A stretch of 51,152 bases of DNA from an uncultured Actinomycetes bacterium (GTDB taxonomy: Bacteria > Actinomycetota > UBA4738 > HRBIN12), in assembly GCA_964535065.1 (NCBI GenBank), contig CAZHRY010000005.1, positions 1-51,152 on the forward strand. Direction: 5' to 3'. Made by a program: the position numbers and the translations under genes. The first letter of the stretch is position 1; each line of letters starts with the position of its first letter. This document shows positions 25,870 to 34,534 of the stretch, piece after piece. Under the pieces are notes generated by a model, which did not search any database, was not told where the DNA came from, and saw only the letters and a program-made list of their open reading frames with translations.

Positions 25870-26390
25870 GCGACCAGGACCTCGGCCCCGGTGCAGGCCT
25901 GGCTCGTGCCCCGACGGGTAGCGCTCGAGGTGCTCAAGACGATCCACCAGCAACCTGAATCGGTCATCACCGCGGCCGCCCAGGCCGAGTCGCCCGCCTC
26001 GACCGACACGATCGTGGGCGCGTGCGAAGGCCCATCGACGAAGAGCAGGTTCGGTTCGGCAGCGCCGAGGTCTGCGATTCCGGCTCCCGAGAAGGACGAC
26101 GTACGCGCGAACGCCTCTTCTGCCAGGGACGCCGCCCTGTTCAGCGATGCCCGGGCCTCGGCGTCGAGGAGCCCGCCCTGCGACGGGGTCACGGCGGTCA
26201 CTTCGCTCGACGCCTGAGACCGTGCGGCTTCGATGCGCTCGTCCAGGGCTCGCTCGCGCCCGACGACGTACGCCCCGAATGCGCCGATCGAGGCCACGAA
26301 CGCAGCGAAGACCACCGCGGCCTTCAGCGCGAAAGGATCCACACGCCGCCTGGGCATGAAGGGAGCCACGAACGCGAAGGAGTCATCCAT
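25851..26390 (-). CDS. hypothetical single-pass membrane protein with a pilin-like C-terminal domain (paralogue of 17965..18450)
   Basis: ORF 25851..26390(-). TM helix ALKAAVVFAAFVASIGAFGAYVV. The C-terminal domain shares ASL..AEE, SF.GAG, P.L.F, SV.A, WAAAV, G.C and CTGAE.L with the 17965..18450 product. Confidence 0.55.
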   Translation of the reverse strand: MDDSFAFVAPFMPRRRVDPFALKAAVVFAAFVASIGAFGAYVVGRERALDERIEAARSQASSEVTAVTPSQGGLLDAEARASLNRAASLAEEAFARTSSFSGAGIADLGAAEPNLLFVDGPSHAPTIVSVEAGDSAWAAAVMTDSGCWWIVLSTSSATRRGTSQACTGAEVLVAHSAVT

Positions 26391-26469
26391 CCCGACGGGT
26401 GTATCGGCACGCCGACCGTGGCCCTGAGCAGCGGGTACGTGCGGGCTAACCCTGTCTTACGATGCGGCC

Positions 26470-27606
26470 GTGAGCGAGATCGCCGACGTGCTGGCGGCCA
26501 TCGAGGAGCTCTCGGTGAAGGGCGAGAAGATGGCCCTGGCCACCATCGTGGCCGTCCGCGGCTCCACGTACCGTCGCCCCGGCGCCCGCCTGCTGGTCCC
26601 CGAACGGGGAGCGCCGGTGGGCAACCTGAGTGGAGGCTGCCTCGAGGGCGACGTGGCGGACGTCGCCCGCGTGGTCATGCGCGAGGGACAGGCCCGGCTC
26701 GCCGGATGGGACCTCACGGCGGACGACGACGCGGTTTGGGGCCTGGGTCTGGGGTGCAACGGCGCCATCGAGGTCTTCATCGAGCCGGCCGATAGGGCGG
26801 CGGAGGTGGCGCACGCACTGCGAACCGCGCTCGAGGAGGAGAGACCGATCGGCTTGGTCACGGTCCTCGAGTCCGAAGCTCCCGGCACGATCGCGCCGGG
26901 AGCGCGCCTGGTCGTGACGCCCGGCGATCCGGTCGAAGGAACCCTGGGGCACGCCGACGTGGACGCAGAGGCGATCGTGGCCGCACGTGAGCTGCTGGCC
27001 GCGGGCCGGTCGGAGAAACGCAGCTTCGTGCATGGTGTGCGTGCGTTCGTCGAGGTCCTGGAGCCTCCGCTCCGGCTGCTCGTGTGCGGCGCGGGCCACG
27101 ATGCGATCCCTCTCGTGAGGACCGCGTCCGTGCTCGGTTGGCGGGCGGTGGTCGCGGACGACCGTCCGGACCTGCTGAACCCCGGCCGGTTCCCGGACGC
27201 CGCCGGCTTCGTGCCCCTGACAGAGCCCGGCCGGGTGGCCGAGGGGACGAGTGTGGATGAGCGGACCTACGCCGTCGTGATGACGCACAACTTCCTCAGG
27301 GACAAGGAGTACCTGCGAGCGCTGCTGATGACCCCGGCCGCCTACGTAGCGATGCTCGGACCCGCAGCGCGCACCCAGCGGATCCTGATGGAACTGGCGG
27401 ACGAAGGCGTGGAGATAGCGGACGCCGACCTCTTACGCGTGCACGGGCCCGCCGGTCTAGACCTGGGAGCAGAGGGCCCGGAGGAGATCGCGCAGGCCAT
27501 CGTGGCCGAGATCGTGGCGGTGAGGCGGGCCCGTGAGGGAGGGTTCCTGAAGAACCGGCCGGGGCCGATCCACGATCGGCCCCGGCCGGGGACCGAGGCC
27601 CGCTAG
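26470..27606 (+). CDS. XdhC/CoxI family molybdenum-hydroxylase maturation protein
   Basis: ORF 26470..27606(+), GTG start. ATIVAVRGSTYRRPGARLLV, GCLEG, a Rossmann-like LLVCGAGHDAIPL, and GPAGLDLGA. Confidence 0.85.
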   Translation: MSEIADVLAAIEELSVKGEKMALATIVAVRGSTYRRPGARLLVPERGAPVGNLSGGCLEGDVADVARVVMREGQARLAGWDLTADDDAVWGLGLGCNGAIEVFIEPADRAAEVAHALRTALEEERPIGLVTVLESEAPGTIAPGARLVVTPGDPVEGTLGHADVDAEAIVAARELLAAGRSEKRSFVHGVRAFVEVLEPPLRLLVCGAGHDAIPLVRTASVLGWRAVVADDRPDLLNPGRFPDAAGFVPLTEPGRVAEGTSVDERTYAVVMTHNFLRDKEYLRALLMTPAAYVAMLGPAARTQRILMELADEGVEIADADLLRVHGPAGLDLGAEGPEEIAQAIVAEIVAVRRAREGGFLKNRPGPIHDRPRPGTEAR

Positions 27607-27633
27607 AAGCCAGGTGACGGTAGTCTCGCCTGC

Positions 27634-28212
27634 GTGCTGATCGAGAACGAGTTCGCCGTCTCGGCTCCGCGGGTTCCCCTGTGGACGTTCTTGAACGACG
27701 TGGAACGGGTCGCTCCCTGCATGCCCGGCGCCGAGCTGACCGAGGTCGTGGACGACCGAACCTGGAAAGGCAAGGTGAACGTCAGGTTCGGCCCCGTGTC
27801 GATGTCGTTCGCCGGGACGGTCACGCTCGAGGAGCGCGACGACGACGCGCACCGGGTCGTCATGCACGCTCGCGGCATGGAGCAGAAGGGGAAGGGCGCG
27901 GCGAACGCGGTCGTCACCTCCTGGCTCGAACCGGGCGAAGGCGGTTCGACCCTTGTGAAGATGCGGGCCGACGTCACGCTGACCGGGGCGGTCGCCCAGC
28001 TCTCACGGGGTCTGCTTCCCGAGATCTCGAAGCAGCTCACCCAGCAGTTCGCCGACTGCCTCCACGAGCGGATAGACGCCGAGGCTGCCGGTCCCACGGC
28101 AGCGCCCGAGCCCGTCGCCGGGCCCGTCGGCGGCATCCGCCTGGGCCTCGCAGCGATAGGCTCCGTGATCGCCGGGTGGTTCCGCCGGCTGTTCGGCAGG
28201 AAGGCCGCGTGA
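27634..28212 (+). CDS. coxG: SRPBCC-fold CoxG-like protein with a C-terminal hydrophobic anchor
   Basis: ORF 27634..28212(+). VAPCMPGAEL, KGKVNVRFGPVSMSFAG, TLTGAVAQLSRGL, and the tail IRLGLAAIGSVIAGWF. Confidence 0.85.
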   Translation: MLIENEFAVSAPRVPLWTFLNDVERVAPCMPGAELTEVVDDRTWKGKVNVRFGPVSMSFAGTVTLEERDDDAHRVVMHARGMEQKGKGAANAVVTSWLEPGEGGSTLVKMRADVTLTGAVAQLSRGLLPEISKQLTQQFADCLHERIDAEAAGPTAAPEPVAGPVGGIRLGLAAIGSVIAGWFRRLFGRKAA

Positions 28213-28772
28213 TCTCCGGGCTTGTGCTGGCGGCCGGGGAAGGCCGGCGGTTCGGGGGCACCAAGCAGCTCGCCGAGGTGAGGGGTCTGCCCCTCGTCCT
28301 TCACGCCGTGGAAGCGCTCCGAGCGGGCGGATGCGGCGAGATCCTCGTCGTCACGGGGCACGACGCCGAAGCTGTCGAGAGCGTGCTACCGGGCGACGTC
28401 GTCGCTGTCCGCAACGCCGCATACCGCGACGGGCAGTCCACCTCGCTGGCAGCGGGCATCCACGCGGTCGGCGAGAAGAGCGACGGAACCGTCGTCCTGA
28501 TGGCCGACCAGCCCGGGGTGAGGGAGGAGGACGTTCGCGCATTGATCGACGGCTTCGCGAGGACGCGCGGCCGCATCGTGCGTCTCATGTACGACGACGG
28601 GCCGGGGCCGGCCCTTCTCTCGCGCGAGATCTTCGGCCAGGCCGGCCACCTCCATGGCGACACGGGCGCTCGCATCTTGATGGCATCGCACCCCGAGTGG
28701 GTAGAGGAGGTGCGCGTAGCTCACCCGGCGCCGCGAGACGTGGACGAACCCGCCGACCTCGACCATGCCTGA
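28209..28772 (+). CDS. mocA: MobA-like NTP transferase (molybdenum cofactor cytidylyltransferase MocA-like)
   Basis: 3' part of ORF 27681..28772(+). GTG 28209 overlaps the coxG TGA (GTGA). LVLAAGEGRRFGG.KQL and MADQP. Confidence 0.8.
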   Translation: MISGLVLAAGEGRRFGGTKQLAEVRGLPLVLHAVEALRAGGCGEILVVTGHDAEAVESVLPGDVVAVRNAAYRDGQSTSLAAGIHAVGEKSDGTVVLMADQPGVREEDVRALIDGFARTRGRIVRLMYDDGPGPALLSREIFGQAGHLHGDTGARILMASHPEWVEEVRVAHPAPRDVDEPADLDHA

Positions 28773-28788
28773 GCCCGCGCAGCGAGAC

Positions 28789-29607
28789 TCAGCAGATCAT
28801 GCCGAGACGCCGGTGCTGAAGGGCGGGAAGCGTCGTGCGGACGCGGCGGAGCTCGGTCATGTCCATCTCAGCGACCCAGACGCCGTTCCCCTCTTCGGGC
28901 GCTTCGACGAGCACGCGGCCCCAAGGGTCCACAACCATCGAATGGCCGTAGCAGCGGCGGCCGTCCTCCGAGGGTCCCCACGGACCCCACTGGGCGGCCG
29001 CAACCACGAAGCACTGATTCTCGATCGCGCGTGCGCGGAGCAGGACCTCCCAGTGCGCCTCGCCGGTAACCGCCGTGAAGGCCGCCGGGACGAACATGAC
29101 CTCGGCTCCCAGAGCCATGAGCCCCCGGAACAACTCGGGGAAGCGGAGGTCGTAGCAGACCGACAGCCCTACGCGCGCCATGTCGGTCTCGTGCGTCACC
29201 AGCTCACCGCCGGGGGAGAACAGCTGCGACTCGAGGATCGGCGGCTGGTCCTCCAGCTCGACGTCGAAGAGGTGGATCTTGCGGTAGCGGGCGACCACCT
29301 CGCCCTCGCGATCCAGCAGGCACGACGTGTTGTAGATCTTGCCGCCGTCGGCCTCGTGCAGAGAGCCGGCCAGCACCCACATCGAGCGGGCCTTCGCTAT
29401 CCGCGAGACCTGATCGAGGACCGGCCCCGGCAGCGCGGTCGCGACCTCTCGCGACCGCGCTGCCGACCCGTAGTAGGCCCACAGCTCGGGTAGAGCGGCC
29501 AGGTCTGCGCCCTGCTCGGCAGCTTCTTCCAGCAGACCCGACGCCGTGGCGACGTTCGCCTCGACCTCGGCCAGCCCGGCGTTCATCTGGCAGACGGCGA
29601 CCCTCAT
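28789..29607 (-). CDS. carbon-nitrogen hydrolase family protein (Nit2/omega-amidase-like)
   Basis: ORF 28789..29607(-). Residues consistent with the E-K-C triad: LPELW (E), YRKIHLF (K), VCYDLRFPE (C). Confidence 0.85.
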   Translation of the reverse strand: MRVAVCQMNAGLAEVEANVATASGLLEEAAEQGADLAALPELWAYYGSAARSREVATALPGPVLDQVSRIAKARSMWVLAGSLHEADGGKIYNTSCLLDREGEVVARYRKIHLFDVELEDQPPILESQLFSPGGELVTHETDMARVGLSVCYDLRFPELFRGLMALGAEVMFVPAAFTAVTGEAHWEVLLRARAIENQCFVVAAAQWGPWGPSEDGRRCYGHSMVVDPWGRVLVEAPEEGNGVWVAEMDMTELRRVRTTLPALQHRRLGMIC

Positions 29608-29697
29608 GAGAGGGCGCCATCCTAGGCCGAAGCAGTCAGCTAGTCACGGCTCGATCCGCAACCGCCGGCAGGAACCAGCCCGCAAGGTGCTGGCCCG

Positions 29698-31017
29698 CTA
29701 GGCGCCGACCGCCCGGTCTGCGACCTCGAGGGCCTCATCGAGGATCTCGAACCCCTCCTGCAGCTGTTCCTCCGTTATGCAGAGGGGCGGATTCGTGTGG
29801 ATGACGTTCCACCTCACGAAAGTGAACAGTCCGTGCTCCAGCAGCGCCTTGTTCAGCTCCGTCATCACCTCGTTGGTGACGTTGTAGGGCGACATCGGCT
29901 CGTTGGTCGCAGGGTCCCTGACCAGCTCCAGGAGTCCAAAAAGGCCTATGTTGCGGTGCAGCCCCACGCTGGGGTGCTTGGCGGCAATCTCCTCGTGGTG
30001 ACTGCGCATCACCGGGTCGAGGCGCCGTGCGTTGCCGACCAGGTCGTCCTCTTCCAGAACCTGGATGGCCGCGAGCGCCGCAGCACACGACATCGGGTGC
30101 GAGTTGTACGTGAGTCCGCCGAAGTAGACGACCTCTTCGAAGTGCTCGGCGATCGGCGGGGAGATACCTACCGCCCCGAGAGGCAGGTACGAAGAGGTCA
30201 GACCCTTGGCGCTCGTCACGAGGTCGGGCACGACCCCCCAATGGTTGACCGCGAACCACTCCCCCGTGCGGCCGAACCCGCTCATCACCTCGTCGGCGAT
30301 CATCACGATGCCGAACCTGGTGCAAAGCTCGCGGACGCCCTGCAGGTAACCGTCCGGCGGGATCAGGATGCCGTTCGTCCCCGTGACCGGCTCGAGGATG
30401 AAAGCCGCGATCGACTCCGGTCCCTCCAGGACGATCTGCTCCTCGAGCCGTTCGAGCGCCTGCTCGGCCGCGTCCTGAGGCTTGTCAGGCCCGTGATAGG
30501 GGTCGAGCACGCGAACGATGCCCGGCGCCGGCGGCTTCTCGTTCGCCCAGCGCCTGGGGTCTCCGGTCAGGTTGATCGTGAGGTAGGTCGCACCGTGGTA
30601 CGAGCGGTAGCGCACCAGCACCTTCTCCCGGCCCGTGTACGCGCGTGCGAGCCGGATGGCGTTCTCGTTGGCTTCCGCACCGCCGAGCGTGAAGAAGGAC
30701 TTCTCCAGATCGCCGGGCCACAGCTCGGCGAGCTTCTGCCCGAGCAGCGCACGCGTTTCGAACGCCATGAACGGCGAGATGTAGGGGAGCTTCTCGCCCT
30801 GTTTGGCGACGGCATCTATCACCCGCTTGTCGCCATGACCGATGTTGACGCCCATCAACTGGCTGTTGAAGTCCAGGTAACGCTTCCCGTCGCTCGTGTA
30901 GAAGTACACGCCCTCGGCGCGCTCGACCGGCAGCGGCACGATCTTGGATTGCGCGGACCAGTCGTACAGCGTGTATCGCTTGGACAGGCTGACGATCTCC
31001 TCCGCGGACAGGCCCAC
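29698..31017 (-). CDS. class III (omega) PLP-dependent aminotransferase
   Basis: ORF 29698..31110(-). GGAEANENAIRLAR, MIADEVMSGFGRTGEWF, and SAKGLTSSYLPLGA (Schiff-base Lys). Start set at GTG 31017 after GGAAGGAAG (alternative ATG 31065/31068). Confidence 0.85.
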   Translation of the reverse strand: MGLSAEEIVSLSKRYTLYDWSAQSKIVPLPVERAEGVYFYTSDGKRYLDFNSQLMGVNIGHGDKRVIDAVAKQGEKLPYISPFMAFETRALLGQKLAELWPGDLEKSFFTLGGAEANENAIRLARAYTGREKVLVRYRSYHGATYLTINLTGDPRRWANEKPPAPGIVRVLDPYHGPDKPQDAAEQALERLEEQIVLEGPESIAAFILEPVTGTNGILIPPDGYLQGVRELCTRFGIVMIADEVMSGFGRTGEWFAVNHWGVVPDLVTSAKGLTSSYLPLGAVGISPPIAEHFEEVVYFGGLTYNSHPMSCAAALAAIQVLEEDDLVGNARRLDPVMRSHHEEIAAKHPSVGLHRNIGLFGLLELVRDPATNEPMSPYNVTNEVMTELNKALLEHGLFTFVRWNVIHTNPPLCITEEQLQEGFEILDEALEVADRAVGA

Positions 31018-31155
31018 CGTTCTCACTTCCTTCCCTGAGCTTCCCTGAGCGGCGTTCAACCGCATCATCCCAGACGGCACGGCCGAAGGCCGGGTTGACC
31101 GCTGGTGCACGCGGTGGCATGGTGAGATGTCACCGCTTCCAGGGGAGGGGCTCTC

Positions 31156-31647
31156 ATGCGCAGGTTCTTGGTGGTCGCAACGACGACGCTGGCCGTGCTC
31201 GCGACGCAGGCCGCGTGGGGCGTCTCGGGCACCGATCCGAACGACGTCACGGGTGGCCTGGACATCAGGGCGTCATCCGTGACGGTCGTCGAGAACGCCG
31301 ACGGCACCCGCAGGGTACGGCTGGGTGTCAAGACGTACGACGAGTTCGACCTGATCGAGGCCGGGTCCTTCTACTGGCAGCTCGACACGTGGGGCGGGTC
31401 AGGCGCCGACTACGAGGTCTTCATGTTCGGCGATGCCGACGCCGATGGTGGACCGCTGTTCTGCCTGGTGCACTCCACCCACGGCCCGCTGCACCGGTAC
31501 TCGCGGCACGTGACTCAGGGTGACTCGGTGGCAACGTGCGCCATCCCTCGCAGGTGGCTCGGAATAGCGAAGCCGATCAGCTACCGGGTGGCCGGGCGCA
31601 TGGAGGGCGTGATCGACCGGGCTCCGGACTCGGGCTGGTACTCCTAG
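31156..31647 (+). CDS. secreted hypothetical protein
   Basis: ORF 31156..31647(+). GGGGAGGGG lies upstream of the ATG. Signal peptide MRRFLVVATTTLAVLATQAAWG. I do not recognise a family. Confidence 0.6.
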   Translation: MRRFLVVATTTLAVLATQAAWGVSGTDPNDVTGGLDIRASSVTVVENADGTRRVRLGVKTYDEFDLIEAGSFYWQLDTWGGSGADYEVFMFGDADADGGPLFCLVHSTHGPLHRYSRHVTQGDSVATCAIPRRWLGIAKPISYRVAGRMEGVIDRAPDSGWYS

Positions 31648-32900
31648 GCACCTTTCACGACGACGCCGCCCTTCATGACGAAAGGCACGTCCTCAAGCAG
31701 GGTGACGTCGTCGGTCGGGTCGCCGGGCACCGCGACGATGTCGGCGTATAGGCCGGGTGCGAGCGCGCCCACGCGGTCCTCCCAGCCCATCAGCTCCGCC
31801 GACCAGCGGGTAGCGCTCTGGATCGCTTGCGCCGCCGTCAGGCCGTAACGAACGTAGTAGGCGAGGTTCTTCGCCTGCTCACCGTGCGGGAAGATGCCCG
31901 AGTCCGTCCCGTGCGCGATACGCACGCCGGCTTTGACGGCCTTCGTAAACCCTTCACGTTGTGCGTCGTTCGTCAGGATGGTCTTGCGGATGACCTCGTC
32001 TGAATAGCCGAGCTCGGGACCCCTCTCGAGCATGTAGTCGCCGTCGTACATGTCGGCGACCAGGTAGGTGCCTGCCCCGGCCATCAGCTCGATAGCCTCG
32101 TCGTCCATCAACGAGCCGTGCTCGATCGAGCGGGCCCCCGCGCGAACCGCGCGCTTGATCCCCTCGGCCCCGTGCGCATGCGCGGCCACGTGCGTGCCCG
32201 CCAACTCGCACTCCTCCACCGCGGCGCGCAGTTCGGCCTCTGTGAACTCCGGAAGGCCCGGGTTGGTCCCGCTGGTCAGCACGGCGCCGGTCGCGATGAT
32301 CTTGATGAAGTCCGCTCCGTAGCGGAGTATCTGCCGAACGTTCGCGCGCATCTGGTCCACGCCGCTCGTAACCCCGAACCTCAGCTCGCGCGGCAAGACT
32401 GCGTCCACGTCGGGGGCCAGGCCGGTGACGTCCCCCCCGCCGCCCGGGCAGGTCACGTACGCGCCCGCACACATCATGCGCGGACCCTCTACCCAACCAC
32501 CTTCGATCGCGTCGCGCAGCGCCACGTCGGCGAACGCTCGGAACGTGCCGATGTCCCTCACCGTCGTGAAACCGGCCAGCAGGGTGGCGCGAGCGTTGCG
32601 GACTCCGCTCAGCGCTTCCTGGGCGCCCGTTCTCATGACCAGCTCCGCGTAGCCCCTCCCCGAATCCTGTTCACCGATCAGGTGGGAGTGCATGTCCATC
32701 AGTCCCGGTAGGAGCGTGTGACCGGGGAGGCCTATCCGCGCCGCGTCTGATGGAGCCTCTGCCACGGGAACGACGTCCTCGATCCGCTCCCCCCGCACGA
32801 TCACGGCGAGGTCCCGCCTCACCTCCCCCGACACCGAGTCGAACAGACACTCTGCCGTGACGACGGTTCGGGGCTCACTCATGGCCGCGAGGATACTCAC
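31644..32900 (-). CDS. metal-dependent amidohydrolase family protein
   Basis: ORF 31644..32900(-). LPGLMDMHSHL (HxH), AAHAHG, SIEHG, and GTDSG. Confidence 0.85.
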   Translation of the reverse strand: MSILAAMSEPRTVVTAECLFDSVSGEVRRDLAVIVRGERIEDVVPVAEAPSDAARIGLPGHTLLPGLMDMHSHLIGEQDSGRGYAELVMRTGAQEALSGVRNARATLLAGFTTVRDIGTFRAFADVALRDAIEGGWVEGPRMMCAGAYVTCPGGGGDVTGLAPDVDAVLPRELRFGVTSGVDQMRANVRQILRYGADFIKIIATGAVLTSGTNPGLPEFTEAELRAAVEECELAGTHVAAHAHGAEGIKRAVRAGARSIEHGSLMDDEAIELMAGAGTYLVADMYDGDYMLERGPELGYSDEVIRKTILTNDAQREGFTKAVKAGVRIAHGTDSGIFPHGEQAKNLAYYVRYGLTAAQAIQSATRWSAELMGWEDRVGALAPGLYADIVAVPGDPTDDVTLLEDVPFVMKGGVVVKGA

Positions 32901-33039
32901 GGCGTCCCCCGCACGGCCCGGCGGATACCGACCAATGGTCGATGTGGCCGGAGTCGGGTAGCCGCCGATACCCGGAACGTGGCATCACCGGCTTCCTCTC
33001 CGGTCGGCGGGGCCACGCATCCGATCCACCGTGTTCGTG

Positions 33040-33072
33040 GGGGGCGGCGGCCCTTCCCGGGCCGCCGCCCCC
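33040..33072. other. perfect 14-bp GC stem-loop (GGGGGCGGCGGCCC-ttccc-GGGCCGCCGCCCCC) in a divergent intergenic region
   Basis: Read directly. It lies in the 329-nt spacer between the amidohydrolase start (32900) and the CAP gene start (33230). No gene ends here, so it is not an ordinary terminator. Confidence 0.7.
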
Positions 33073-33229
33073 GCGTCTTCCCCGACGGACTCCTGAGATG
33101 CCGTCCCCCGGAAGGCCTATAGCGATGTTCCGAGCGGCCCTCAATCCGTCCCCCGTCTCGACCGATGCATGGACTAGTCAGGAAGAACTAGCCAGGGCGC
33201 ATGCCCCGGCCCCTGGGGAGGGACTGAGG

Positions 33230-33697
33230 ATGAGCGCGAAGGGACGGGAAACCGGGAAGGTCGCCAGGATCGTGCTCCTGGCCGTCGTCGCCGGGCTCGC
33301 GGTGGGCCTGATGGCCTCCGCCGCTCACGCCGGCATCTCCGACCGCGACGCCATGAAGAGGGCGACTAACACGAGCCGCCTGAACCACGACATCCGCATG
33401 GTCGGCCTGAACGCCGAGATGTCCGAGCTGGCCCGCCGGCACAGCTTGAAGATGGCCCGTCAGAACCGTCTCTTCCACACGGCCGACCCGTCCAGCTATT
33501 ACCTCAAGGGCATGAACTGGCGCTACTGGGGCGAGAACGTGGGGGTCACGGGAGGAACGGTCAAGGATCTGCAGGCGGCCTTCATGGCCAGCCCGGGTCA
33601 CCGCGCCAACATCTTGAACAAAGCATTCACGAAGGTCGCCATCGGAGCGGTTCGCCGCGACGGCGCGCTGTGGGTGACGGTCTTCTTCTACGGCTAG
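33230..33697 (+). CDS. CAP/SCP domain-containing secreted protein
   Basis: 3' part of ORF 32942..33697(+), from ATG 33230 (GGGGAGGGACTGAGG upstream). TM/signal segment IVLLAVVAGLAVGLMASAAHA. HS..MA....LFH, GENVG, M.SPGHRANIL, and IG.....LWVTVFF. Confidence 0.8.
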   Translation: MSAKGRETGKVARIVLLAVVAGLAVGLMASAAHAGISDRDAMKRATNTSRLNHDIRMVGLNAEMSELARRHSLKMARQNRLFHTADPSSYYLKGMNWRYWGENVGVTGGTVKDLQAAFMASPGHRANILNKAFTKVAIGAVRRDGALWVTVFFYG

Positions 33698-33723
33698 GTG
33701 AGCGAACAACACCCAAGGCTGGG

Positions 33724-33748
33724 GGCCGCCCGGAATGGCGGCCTTCTG
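33724..33748. terminator. candidate bidirectional terminator hairpin (GGCCGCC-cggaat-GGCGGCC then TTCT)
   Basis: Read directly. It lies between the convergent CAP gene (end 33697) and the MBL gene (end 33755). The stem is short and the U-tract weak. Confidence 0.35.
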
Positions 33749-33754
33749 GCATCT

Positions 33755-34534
33755 TCAGGCGCTCTCGATCTGGCGGATCGCCGCCTCGGCCACCGACCTC
33801 AGCTCCTCGCCCGAGAAGCTCCTCGCGTGGCCGGCGTGCACGGTTCGGACGTCGAGCCCGACCAGCCGCCGCAACGACGTGGCGGCGGTCTCAGGATCGT
33901 CCCAGCTCAGCCTTCCGTCAACGTAGATCGCGTCGCCGCTGAACAGCGTCCCCGTCTTCTCTTCGAACAGGCATGCTGAGCCCGCCGTATGCCCCGGGGT
34001 GTGGATCAGGGTGAACCGCCGGTCCCCCAGGTCGATCGTGTCCCCTTCTCCCAATAGCATCGTCGGCTCGGCGCCGGGCGAAACCCAGCCTCCGACGTCG
34101 AAGTCGGCCGAGGGCAGCGCATCGATGATCAGGTCGGGAACCGGATAGCCGTAGTACTCGAACATCTCCTCGGTCTCTTCGTCGAAGTCCTCTCGGCGCA
34201 ACTTCAGCGCGAACGGGGAGCGTGTCATCCCGGCATCGTCACGGTGGACCCGCCGGTCGTCGAACTCGTGAAGCCCGCCTACGTGATCGAAATGACCGTG
34301 CGTGGCGAACGCGATGATCGCCCGCCCGCCGGAAAGCGCTTCGACGGCAGGTCTGAGCGCTCCCACCCCGTTGGCCGCATCGACGATGAGGTCGGCGTCC
34401 CGCCCCGGCACGTGCCAGACGTTCGACTCGAGCAGATCGTCGATGTGCGGCTCCCACAGGCGCGTCACGCCGCCTCCGGCGTCCTCCGCTCGGAACCAAG
34501 GATGCGCCACCGGCAGCACTTCAGATCCTGTCAC
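33755..34534 (-). CDS. MBL-fold metallo-hydrolase
   Basis: ORF 33755..34534(-). ATHGHFDHVGG (HxHxDH) and TPGHTAGS. GTG start at 34534 (alternative GTG 34519). Confidence 0.85.
   Translation of the reverse strand: MTGSEVLPVAHPWFRAEDAGGGVTRLWEPHIDDLLESNVWHVPGRDADLIVDAANGVGALRPAVEALSGGRAIIAFATHGHFDHVGGLHEFDDRRVHRDDAGMTRSPFALKLRREDFDEETEEMFEYYGYPVPDLIIDALPSADFDVGGWVSPGAEPTMLLGEGDTIDLGDRRFTLIHTPGHTAGSACLFEEKTGTLFSGDAIYVDGRLSWDDPETAATSLRRLVGLDVRTVHAGHARSFSGEELRSVAEAAIRQIESA

Noticed and set aside
29797-31038. 413-aa plus-strand ORF
   Set aside because: It is antisense to the class III aminotransferase frame, which carries the PLP-Lys and GGAEANE motifs.
32901-33229. c-di-AMP (ydaO-type) riboswitch upstream of the CAP-domain gene
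   Set aside because: I looked for the conserved ydaO blocks (ACGGGGA / CCCGAA / CAGCUAACC-like) and did not find the characteristic 3' block. Only an unexplained GC hairpin remains.
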